A stretch of DNA of 64,000 nt from an uncultured Clostridia bacterium (GTDB taxonomy: Bacteria > Bacillota > Clostridia > Christensenellales > UBA3700), in contig CAMQWP010000005.1 in NCBI GenBank assembly GCA_947038565.1, forward strand, positions 19,763-83,762, given 5' to 3'. The notes under the pieces were generated by a model. It was not told the DNA's origin, did not search any database, and saw only the letters and a list, made by a program, of their open reading frames with translations. Made by a program: the position numbers and the translations under genes. Shown piece after piece: positions 30,001-38,028 of the stretch (positions within the stretch are counted from its first letter, which is position 1; every line of letters begins with the position of its first letter).

Positions 30001-31083
30001 GGTGCTACTGTAATCCCTGAAATGAGTGAAATCGTGACAAATAGTTTGGGAGAATCATTGGCTAACTTTAGTCAGGGTCAAAAAGTTGAATTTAAATATT
30101 CACCAGTAACTGTTTATGACTATAAATTTGCAAGTTATCCTCTTGGATTTACTACATATTGGGGAACATGGAACTGGGATGATGCCGCGAAAAACTACTA
30201 TTTAAGCTCAAGAGATGCAGTAGACAATGTTGCTAATAAAATTCCTGAGGCATTTAGGGCTGACATAATGAATTCGTTCGGTCATTTAAATTTAGATATT
30301 AAATATTCTAGTGACAATGGTTCAAGCTGGAGTAACTTCTTCGATGCTAATGGATGCATAATTCCTGCTGGAAAGATGATAATAAAGGTGACAGTAGTTC
30401 TTGAAGGTGTAGAGTATTCAAGTACTTGTGCAGAATTTACGGTAAAAGACAAAACTGTAAATATTGCTGAAGGTGCAGATAACAATCTATACGTGAATGA
30501 AAAATTGCCAGAAATTAGTGTTGTCTATTATGTTAACAATGTGAAGACAATCGATGTAATAAACTTAGACGCAATCACATTAACTGGTAATAATGCAGCA
30601 AACTTTAATAAAGAGGGTTATGCTAAGTTTGCTGTTGCGGGTAATTATGCGCTTGATGTAACTCATAATGGTACAGTCTTAAACGTATCATTTACAGTCA
30701 TAGATCCAGTAGTATCTGTCCCTGTACATGAAGGAGTAATTAAAGTTGACACTCATTTGAATAGTTCATGGACAGATGTTGTGGTATTTAAAGGTCAATC
30801 AATATATGATATGTTAGCTACATCTGGTGCTTATCAAAATATAAGCGTCGATGCAAATGGAGCTGTCGTAGGTGGAGCATTAACAGCGGCCGAAATTAAA
30901 GAAATAACAACTATTGGTATGATTATGTCTTTAGCTACATTTGCACCAATGGCTGAGTTCGATGCGGACTTTATTCTTACTGCTGACCTTAGTGTTGGAG
31001 CAAATCCAAATGGTATTATGGTAATGGCTAAAATTAATGGTGCTGATGTTACTATAATGATTAATTGGAAAAATCCATCATAA
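27091..31083 (+). CDS. Large surface lipoprotein with Ig-like beta-rich domains, function unknown
   Basis: MKKK plus hydrophobic stretch plus LVAC lipobox; AAGGAG RBS; GYNPLIAGKQNIT resembles bacterial Ig-like repeats. Confidence 0.85.
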   Translation: MKKKITVMFSVLLVLVLLVSTLVACKKEDDEKKKPTPPTANDIAEGYAGEMKDLLVNSIGADIANGFNMDLTGEVGFDFKSADKDKYDWNYSYDIAGNVLSKAGVNSDFRIVIKDGANVKFGLWNKGGDLFIQASDKQYKYDDTSIMVLLNTLIAKHVPNFAGLTTLPEISVGGGTIGEILQLLDMGLQMLCADPNVEDLDANLMISKVDNTYTAKIQVDVLKSILGLALKDMDLSFIPSGLVVDLVMVANDDKTIKKLDVKADVTGTEEGKLNFELNTSNRGLFAAVNADFKVNVPDALLAVESKHKLINFNIDSTVKFMDADKKVVRDMVSSIDVDINPTVLSQGYTKETFMKLGYFSMTVKVNDGPYLIGLSFNPEATGDDCVNVFLMLAQDNNDISNPAKDMAYAGQFSISTLIASLTKNVDYTNPVKPAPVSTMVAAEGGINSTIKTILNTILPMLGIKVDISPIIDCIDIKNGISTIDCKTLFVELDKLIGSNIFSKPILGELSVPNLLFGKGVQYIELDTTKSEYGTAQNVVLDPNMFIAKGMERKVNEGNGFIKTSTIKVDETKFVGKFEFGTAIEDVYPTVPVSYSNTSGELKESNLMIGGIIGYNPLIAGKQNITLQCIMISEIGGLVDIIGGFIGGDKPLSLMPYISFIPINMEVEVYEKSAVTIVTEGVTTMKVGDNLFDTIATKLSVGGREYPIADNRHFIKTKLIDIIDGSDLAKKAGVYTLEFNISGEVCTMAITVVDVKNANIVLGSNLAETLKPTMFTDVETALAADDITSIMIDDIDVKSDLITADGIIAELKQYLGKTATINYSVVVNDITMTFAREAVVCPNGKNVTVMYTQSSFYSDLTVNSTLDFVICIDLYDNGVKLEQDIRIRMNAIVNHNMDYTYFVNNENVTESNIVVTILDTNGADVTAEVLNDNGTFKTAGTYDIKVSGTFKYNGELVTIKDNEKDGYILNGGATVIPEMSEIVTNSLGESLANFSQGQKVEFKYSPVTVYDYKFASYPLGFTTYWGTWNWDDAAKNYYLSSRDAVDNVANKIPEAFRADIMNSFGHLNLDIKYSSDNGSSWSNFFDANGCIIPAGKMIIKVTVVLEGVEYSSTCAEFTVKDKTVNIAEGADNNLYVNEKLPEISVVYYVNNVKTIDVINLDAITLTGNNAANFNKEGYAKFAVAGNYALDVTHNGTVLNVSFTVIDPVVSVPVHEGVIKVDTHLNSSWTDVVVFKGQSIYDMLATSGAYQNISVDANGAVVGGALTAAEIKEITTIGMIMSLATFAPMAEFDADFILTADLSVGANPNGIMVMAKINGADVTIMINWKNPS

Positions 31084-31172
31084 AAATACAAATTAATAAT
31101 ATCTTATACGAATAGAATAGATTATAACTTAATATGTTTTATGTAGAGATAATTAATTGTATGAAAATACAT

Positions 31173-31210
31173 AGTAAGCTCACCGCGTTTGCGGTGGGCT
31201 TACTTTTTTT
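31173..31210 (+). terminator. Intrinsic terminator
   Basis: AGTAAGCTCACCGC-gttt-GCGGTGGGCTTACT followed by a T run. Confidence 0.92.
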
Positions 31211-31230
31211 TGCAAGTTTCAAAAAAAGTG

Positions 31231-31259
31231 TTGACAAATGAGAAACATAGTGCTATACT
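31231..31259 (+). promoter_or_regulatory. Sigma-A promoter of the GntR/ABC operon
   Basis: TTGACA-N17-TATACT with extended TG. Confidence 0.8.
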
Positions 31260-31281
31260 ACAGTAGGGTACTAGATAGATA

Positions 31282-31306
31282 AGTGTAGTAAATCGATAAC
31301 TACATT
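31282..31306. promoter_or_regulatory. YtrA-type operator
   Basis: AGTGTA-N13-TACATT, one mismatch to the B. subtilis YtrA site AGTGTA-N13-TACACT, between the promoter and the regulator gene. Confidence 0.7.
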
Positions 31307-31346
31307 ATAATGTATCTGTTTTTGAGATAGTAGTACGGGAGGCAAA

Positions 31347-31724
31347 ATGAAACTAAATCCATCAAGTTTGAAGCCAATATTTGTACAAGTGGCGGAGTGG
31401 ACAGAAGACGAGATACTAAAAGGCAATATAAAAGACGGGGATAAGATTTGTTCGCAAATAGATTATTCTAAGGCTTTTAACATCAACCCGATAACTGCAG
31501 GAAAGGGTGTTAGTCTTCTTGAGGCAAGGGGTATAGTCGTTAAAAGACGCGGACTGGGCATGTTTGTAACTAAAAATGCTAAAGAAATAATTTTTAGTTG
31601 TAGGCGTAATGAGGAGCTTACTTATATTATTGACGATCTAATAATCGAAGCAAAAAAGCTGGATCTTAATAATGAACAATTAATTAAGCTAATTAATGAG
31701 CGATATAATAAGATAGATGATTAA
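31347..31724 (+). CDS. GntR family regulator, YtrA subfamily
   Basis: 125 aa; PIFVQVAE, INPITAGK, KRRGLGMFV; precedes ABC transporter genes. Confidence 0.92.
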   Translation: MKLNPSSLKPIFVQVAEWTEDEILKGNIKDGDKICSQIDYSKAFNINPITAGKGVSLLEARGIVVKRRGLGMFVTKNAKEIIFSCRRNEELTYIIDDLIIEAKKLDLNNEQLIKLINERYNKIDD

Positions 31725-31780
31725 TATCGACGTTCAATTAAATAAAAGTGCAATTGCCAATATGGCAGTGGAGGTATGTA

Positions 31781-32566
31781 ATGAATAAATTTAAACAAGT
31801 GTACATAGAAACAAAACTCAAACTTAACAGCATGAGTATAATATTGTTAATTGCGGGAGGATTATCATTCTTATTTGTGATGATATCTATGCTGATAGGA
31901 TATTATCCTGTGCCAGCCACACTAGGATCAGGTTATTATGATGGAATGGCGATCTGCATAAATATGTTTTCAATTATGCCGATAATTATATCATCTATAG
32001 TAATCGGAATATTATATAATATCAAAAACAATAAGAAGAGCTATGACAATATAGGCGCTACTAATGAGACATATTGCATATCCAACATAGCAGGGCTTAT
32101 GCTTATTACGATTTTACTTAGTGTTAGCATGATGGTGTTTGAGGTACTAATAGTATTGATTGCTGGCACATTGCCGTCAATGCCTACAGTTAATATTAAT
32201 AATCTTGATTTGTTATCGGCTGTTGGTATCAACCTGCTTTGGTATATTTGCTTTTCGTTTATGATATTGAAAATAATTACCCTTATAGCGAATAACCTCA
32301 TGAATAGAAATTATTTTAGGATAATAATTCTAATAGCTATTCCTGTAGCAATTTGTGTGATACTTCTACTGGTAGTAACATTGGCCTTTGATACTAATTA
32401 CATATATGGCAATGGTGGCGACGGACTGCCTGAAGGACATATAATTAGAGTTTTATACAGATTTTTGTCGGACGAAAAGACTATATTTATTGCGGTTGCT
32501 GTAGGGTTGTTGATAGCTGATCCGGTAGAGTATTTATTATGCGTAAAGAGAGGTAGATTAAGATGA
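31781..32566 (+). CDS. Membrane protein, probable ABC-2-type permease
   Basis: About 6 TM helices; ATG 31781 behind GGAGG; operon context. Confidence 0.75.
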   Translation: MNKFKQVYIETKLKLNSMSIILLIAGGLSFLFVMISMLIGYYPVPATLGSGYYDGMAICINMFSIMPIIISSIVIGILYNIKNNKKSYDNIGATNETYCISNIAGLMLITILLSVSMMVFEVLIVLIAGTLPSMPTVNINNLDLLSAVGINLLWYICFSFMILKIITLIANNLMNRNYFRIIILIAIPVAICVILLLVVTLAFDTNYIYGNGGDGLPEGHIIRVLYRFLSDEKTIFIAVAVGLLIADPVEYLLCVKRGRLR

Positions 32567-33222
32567 AAAATATAATAAGTTTTATAACAAAAAATAAATT
32601 TGTAGTAATTAGTAGTTGTATTATAATGATAATAGTACTATTATTGATACCCGCGCTTACGGTGCAAAATAAGTATCTCGTGGTAGGAGAGTACAAGGAT
32701 GGTTATATGCAAAATGTCGATGAGCATAACTTCGATGATGTATACAATGGTGACTATCCGAATGTACGAGTATTTGAAAAGAAATCGCTAAATAATAAAG
32801 AGTTGAAATCTCTTAGTGAAGATCTAATTCCTTCTGTTTGGGGTAGTTTTAATAGTAGTGGTGATAAAATTATTGTTGTGAAAAGTGATGATATTAATGC
32901 ATCAAAAATTACGTACGAGCCTTTAAAGATAAATAATTATACTGATCAAGTTGTGTATGACTCATTATATCAGTTGGAGTTCCATGCGAGTTTGGAATAT
33001 TATGAGACATCATCAGTATCTAGTAGTAGTAGTAGCTCGGTAGGATTTAGAAATAAAAGTAACAACTTACAATTAGTGAATGGGGAATCCGATAGAGATC
33101 GAAGTTTTATGAATAAGATTGTTATTAATAAAAGTATTATTAGGATAACAATAAATCCATTAATGATGGTAGACGAAGAACTACTTAATGATCAAAGTAT
33201 AACTTTTGTAAATTTTGACTGA
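32563..33222 (+). CDS. Hypothetical protein with a single N-terminal TM anchor
   Basis: ATGA overlap with the upstream gene; hydrophobic residues 13-33. Confidence 0.75.
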   Translation: MKNIISFITKNKFVVISSCIIMIIVLLLIPALTVQNKYLVVGEYKDGYMQNVDEHNFDDVYNGDYPNVRVFEKKSLNNKELKSLSEDLIPSVWGSFNSSGDKIIVVKSDDINASKITYEPLKINNYTDQVVYDSLYQLEFHASLEYYETSSVSSSSSSSVGFRNKSNNLQLVNGESDRDRSFMNKIVINKSIIRITINPLMMVDEELLNDQSITFVNFD

Positions 33223-33289
33223 TAGATAATGTATAGTTGCTAAATAAATTATATCTATATTTTTAGATAATAATATAAAGGAGAATAAC

Positions 33290-34219
33290 ATGCTTAAAGC
33301 TGAGAATTTAACTATAAAATTTGGAAAGAAAACTGCATTAGATAATGTGAGCTTTGTGCTTTCTAGTCCTGGTATAGTCGGATTAGTTGGTAATAATGGT
33401 GCGGGTAAAACTACACTTATAAATACTATCATGGGATACTATAAGCCTACATCAGGACGAATGATGTACAATAAATATAATACTTTTAATAATGTAGTAA
33501 GTAGTAATAGTATAATCATTATTGATGAGAAGTTAGGTCATGACTATATGCTTAGTCTGGAAGGCAATGCTAAAAAGATAGCATCAGTTCGCACCGACTT
33601 TCAAATCAATAGGTTTTACGAATATATGGAGATATACGGATTGTCAAAGAAACAATATTATACAAGATTGTCTAAGGGTATGAAAAATCAATTTAATATT
33701 TGTATAGGTCTGGCTTTTGATAAGGAAATATATGTACTTGATGAGCCAGTGTCTGGTCTTGATGAAAGTGCAAGGGATAAATTCTATGCAATGCTTAATC
33801 GTGAGTTTTGTAGAAATCCTAAGACATACATTGTATCTACACATTTATTTGCAGAGATACAAAATATCACTTCTGATGTTATTATATTACGTGATGGTAA
33901 GTGTGTGTATTTTGGTGCGACTGATGATCTTGCGGGTAGATTTATAACAGTAGGCGGTGCAAGTGCATGCGTGGACGGTTTGTGTAGTGGTAGAAATGTG
34001 TATAATCGTGAGAGTATTATGAATATCACAAGCATACTGATAGATAATAACCTAAGTAGGCTAGAGAAAAAGTACATCGAAGAAAATGCACTTATCGTGA
34101 TGCCTAGTACTGCAAATGAAAGCTGTAAGGTGCTTTGTAATAATGATATTGAGATGCCGAAAAAAGCAGAGGAAAAGGAAAACACTGAACGCGACGACAT
34201 TATGTCGACAGAAGAGTAG
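33290..34219 (+). CDS. ABC transporter ATP-binding protein (YtrB-like)
   Basis: GNNGAGKTT, LSKGMK, LDEPVSGLD, STH. Confidence 0.93.
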   Translation: MLKAENLTIKFGKKTALDNVSFVLSSPGIVGLVGNNGAGKTTLINTIMGYYKPTSGRMMYNKYNTFNNVVSSNSIIIIDEKLGHDYMLSLEGNAKKIASVRTDFQINRFYEYMEIYGLSKKQYYTRLSKGMKNQFNICIGLAFDKEIYVLDEPVSGLDESARDKFYAMLNREFCRNPKTYIVSTHLFAEIQNITSDVIILRDGKCVYFGATDDLAGRFITVGGASACVDGLCSGRNVYNRESIMNITSILIDNNLSRLEKKYIEENALIVMPSTANESCKVLCNNDIEMPKKAEEKENTERDDIMSTEE

Positions 34220-34264
34220 ATACCTATAATATTTGCTATATGTTACAATATTAATGATAACTAT

Positions 34265-34301
34265 AAAAAACCAACTATGTAATGGTAGTTGGTTTTTTTT
34301 T
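34265..34301 (+). terminator. Intrinsic terminator
   Basis: AAAAAACCAACTA...TAGTTGGTTTTTTTTT. Confidence 0.85.
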
Positions 34302-34465
34302 CTGTCACAATAAACAAATAAAAATCATAAATTTCACTTTTGATATTGTATTAAACAAGGTAATGTGTTAAAATTAAATTATATATAATCATTTTTATCT
34401 TTACAGTGAATGAGAGTTAAAAGTAATGGTATTGGAATGAAATCTAAAGTGCATTGAGAGGGGTT

Positions 34466-35428
34466 ATGAATAACAAGTTTTCGAACATAATGGATATCCA
34501 TGAAATAGAAGATAGTATGGCAGAGGTAGAAGAGGCTAAGCTATATGCAATAATTAATAATCTATTTTCTAATCCAGAAGAAGTGATATGCTTCATTAAA
34601 AACACGTTGCGTGTGAGTCCGAGCGAATACAATTCATTTGAGCGTATGGACTTTTCCGATAAAATGATACCGATCAGAACGGAAAGCGAATTTAGGATCA
34701 GAAAGCACACAAACACTCAAATACCTTACTTTCACGCGCATGATTTTTATGAGATAATAGCTGTCATAAAAGGTAGATGTGTTCAGCATATAGGTATGGA
34801 GAAGTTAATCGTTATCATGAATAAAGGGGATATATGCATACTGCCACCAAGCGTATCGCATATTCTTGAAAAACCATGTAAAAGCGACATTGTCTTGAAG
34901 ATGCATATTCCTAAAAGTATATTTGATAACGCAAGAGGAAAAAGCGAGTTTAATGAATACAGAATGTATAATAATATATCAAAACAATCGGAGTATTTTG
35001 TGTTGAAATTATTATCCGAGTGCGATGAGGCGCAAGTCAATTTTGACACATGCATTATTCATTATTTGGCTTTATTGTTAATAGAAATATCTAGGACGAA
35101 AGAAGTAAAATTTAATAAAATAATAGCGGATCTAAATAAATATTTGAGTAAAAATATCAAGAGTGCTATGCTGTCACAGTTTTCAAAGTCAATAGGGTAT
35201 AGCTCTGTATACGTAGGTAAAGTAATAAAAGAAAATACTGGTAAGAGTTTTACTGACTACTTGACTGATATCAAAATGAGTACTGTTGTAGAACAATTGA
35301 TCAATACAAATAATACTATTGACGATATTGCAAGTAGTGTAGGCTATGCTGATGCGTCAGGCTTGCATAAGCAATTTTTAATCACCTATGGCATGACTCC
35401 TACGGCGTATCGTATTAATTTTAGTTAG
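34466..35428 (+). CDS. AraC family transcriptional regulator
   Basis: Cupin FHAHDFYE; C-terminal IDDIASSVGY...YGMTPTAYR; ATG 34466 preferred over TTG 34454. Confidence 0.92.
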   Translation: MNNKFSNIMDIHEIEDSMAEVEEAKLYAIINNLFSNPEEVICFIKNTLRVSPSEYNSFERMDFSDKMIPIRTESEFRIRKHTNTQIPYFHAHDFYEIIAVIKGRCVQHIGMEKLIVIMNKGDICILPPSVSHILEKPCKSDIVLKMHIPKSIFDNARGKSEFNEYRMYNNISKQSEYFVLKLLSECDEAQVNFDTCIIHYLALLLIEISRTKEVKFNKIIADLNKYLSKNIKSAMLSQFSKSIGYSSVYVGKVIKENTGKSFTDYLTDIKMSTVVEQLINTNNTIDDIASSVGYADASGLHKQFLITYGMTPTAYRINFS

Positions 35429-35515
35429 GTTGCTTAAGGCAATGTAATAGCTGTCTGAATACATTGAATTGCACTGTCTTTTATGTTATTCTATATGCAT
35501 AAGGAGATATAAATT

Positions 35516-36523
35516 ATGAAAAACACTACGAAATTTATCGCGACTGACGCACATATTAAGCTAGCATTTACAAGGTCTGGTATTGGTGATGTTGAGCAAA
35601 TAAAAGAGTTATCAGGTGGGTGGTTTAATCGAATATATTCAGCATGTTCTTGCATTGATGGTAAAAGTTATGTTATAAAATTTGCACCTCAAAAAAACGC
35701 ACCAGTACTTACTCATGAGCGAAATATCATGAAGTCGGAAGTGGAGTGTTATAGTTTAGTTGCAAATCAAACTGATATTAAAATACCACAGGTTATATTT
35801 TCGGATTTTACTAATACAATTGTGCCGACTGATTATTTTATAATGGAGTTTGTGGACGGCGTGAGGTTAGATAAGGCAAAATTATCTAAAGCTGATCGAG
35901 ATAGCGTTGATGATAAAATGGCATGGATACTATCCGAGTTCCACAAGGTGAAAAGAGATGGATATGGTTATGATAGAGTAGGGCTTAAAAACGATTTTAA
36001 ATCGGCACTAACACACATGACAAGCATGCTTATAAAAGATTGCTCTGCACATAATAAAAGCTGTAGAATAGGCGAGAAGTTATTATCTTATATTGAGATA
36101 TTTGCTAGTGAACTTGATGACGTGCCTAGCGTATTAGTAAATTTCGATCTAAATAGCCTTAATGCATTCTATAATAAAAATGAAAAAGGCGAGATAGATA
36201 TTGCAGTAATCGACCTTGAACGATTCTATTTTGGTGACCCTATAGGCGACTTTGTAATACAGAATATTTCAAAGCCTATGAAGGGCAAAAGCATAGTGAG
36301 CTTGTATAATAAATATGCTACTGATAAGATTAATTGCGATAAGAATGCGGACATAAGGCTTCAGCTATTATGTGCGTACCTAAGTGCTATAATGTATACG
36401 GAGAGATTTTCTAGGTTTGTAGGGATAGGTAAATACTTCAATCCTGTTTACATTATGGGGACTGTAGCGTATAAGTTTTTGCAAATACAGTCGCTATCTA
36501 GACTGAAGAAATATGCAAAATGA
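35516..36523 (+). CDS. APH/choline-kinase-family phosphotransferase
   Basis: LSGGWFN, VIKFAP, YFIMEFVDG, NFDLNSLN, IDLER..GDP. Confidence 0.85.
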   Translation: MKNTTKFIATDAHIKLAFTRSGIGDVEQIKELSGGWFNRIYSACSCIDGKSYVIKFAPQKNAPVLTHERNIMKSEVECYSLVANQTDIKIPQVIFSDFTNTIVPTDYFIMEFVDGVRLDKAKLSKADRDSVDDKMAWILSEFHKVKRDGYGYDRVGLKNDFKSALTHMTSMLIKDCSAHNKSCRIGEKLLSYIEIFASELDDVPSVLVNFDLNSLNAFYNKNEKGEIDIAVIDLERFYFGDPIGDFVIQNISKPMKGKSIVSLYNKYATDKINCDKNADIRLQLLCAYLSAIMYTERFSRFVGIGKYFNPVYIMGTVAYKFLQIQSLSRLKKYAK

Positions 36524-37878
36524 GTACGTTGAATAGTCATGGATCTACAAATACTCGAGATGAGTTGAAATACATTGATCTGGAGAGTAAGAGTATTCCG
36601 AAACTTTTGATAAGCTACTCTATAACTACTTTTATGGGACTTTTTTTAAGTAGTATTTATTCTATAACGGACGCTTTATTTGTCGGTCACGGTTTAGGCA
36701 TAGACGCACTAGGTGCAATATCGGCGGTACTCCCGTTCACTATTATTCAAGGTGCAATATCCGCCACTATTGGTGGTGGTGCATCTGTCATTATATCAAG
36801 GCTGATCGGTGCTAAGGATTATAAAAAATCAGGCGAGATTGTAGTTAATAGTACTGTGTTCTTTTGGTTAGTTAGCATAATTATAAGTGTAGTCGGATTG
36901 GTGTTTATAGATGAATTAGTGATAGTTCTTGGCGTTGCGGATAACCTTTATGATTACGCTAGACGATACTTAATCATCATTTTAATAGGCAATGTGTTCT
37001 CGACAGGCTTTTCGTCAATTATGCGTGCAGAAGGTAAAATGGTGTATTCGCTTTTTCAATGGATTATACCTATAAGTATCAATATATGTCTAGATGCGAC
37101 GTTTGTTTTCGGTATGGGAATGAGTGTGGAGGGCGTAGCTTGGGCGACTGTAATATCACAAGTTTTTGGATTTGTAATGTCGGCATTCTATTTTATAAGA
37201 ATATCTAAGTTTGACTATAAGGGTGCGAGGCTTAGCGTTAATAATATTTTAAATATTACCAAAAACGGGTTACCCTCACTACTTCAGCAAGCAATCATCA
37301 GTGCTACGTTAATAGCACTTAACTGGGTGATGGTGACTGTCGGCGGAAGTAATATGCAGACAGTGTTCGGTATATTAAATAAATTATTTATGTTAGGAAT
37401 AGTGCCTGTTGTGGCGATTACGCAAGCACTCCAGCCTATTGCGGGGTATAATTATGGCGCGGGTAATGGTAGTAGAGTAAAGGCGGTTTTAAATTGGTCG
37501 ATATTTATTTCATTGATTATGTCTTTTTTATCGCTAGGAATATATGAGTGCATTCCAAGTTATTTGATAAGAATATTCACTGATGATTATCTTGTGATAG
37601 AAGAGTGTGTTTATGCTCTCAAAATAATTGCTACTTCTCTGCCGTTATTATTTTTGCCTTCAGTAGTTGGTGCAATTGCACAGTCTATAGGAAAAAAGGT
37701 GCTTGCTATATTCATGTTTGCCTCAAATTATATATTTGTGCCTCCACTAGCTATACTTATATTCAATCTATGCGGTCAGCCGTATATGTGGTATTCGTTC
37801 GTCATTGCTGGTGCTATAGCGAGCGTTATGTCTATATCGCCTCTAATGCATGTATATAAGGCCTTACGAAGGTGCTAG
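36520..37878 (+). CDS. MATE family efflux transporter (MepA-like)
   Basis: About 12 TM; ITDALFVG, MRAEG, QPIAGYNYGA; ATGA overlap with the kinase gene. Confidence 0.93.
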   Translation: MSTLNSHGSTNTRDELKYIDLESKSIPKLLISYSITTFMGLFLSSIYSITDALFVGHGLGIDALGAISAVLPFTIIQGAISATIGGGASVIISRLIGAKDYKKSGEIVVNSTVFFWLVSIIISVVGLVFIDELVIVLGVADNLYDYARRYLIIILIGNVFSTGFSSIMRAEGKMVYSLFQWIIPISINICLDATFVFGMGMSVEGVAWATVISQVFGFVMSAFYFIRISKFDYKGARLSVNNILNITKNGLPSLLQQAIISATLIALNWVMVTVGGSNMQTVFGILNKLFMLGIVPVVAITQALQPIAGYNYGAGNGSRVKAVLNWSIFISLIMSFLSLGIYECIPSYLIRIFTDDYLVIEECVYALKIIATSLPLLFLPSVVGAIAQSIGKKVLAIFMFASNYIFVPPLAILIFNLCGQPYMWYSFVIAGAIASVMSISPLMHVYKALRRC

Positions 37879-38028
37879 GTGTGCTATATTAGGTGTGGAT
37901 GCATGCTGTGCAGTTTACAAGAGATAACTTATATTACTATTGATTTTATATTAAATACTTTATTGACTTCTGGGCGCATATATGATAGTATTAAATATAG
38001 TGATTATATAATATTAAGCGAGGGTGTA

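Noticed and set aside
27366-31091. Long antisense ORFs (e.g. 27741-28277, 28929-29507; likewise 44195-44707)
   Set aside because: They are shadows of real plus-strand genes, with no RBS or recognisable motifs.
33010-33039. AGT repeat as a contingency locus
   Set aside because: An in-frame short poly-Ser tract; slippage would not switch expression.
37879-38028. N-terminal 50 aa of the GH36 ORF in the track
   Set aside because: The stretch contains the promoter and has no RBS; the real start is probably 38029.
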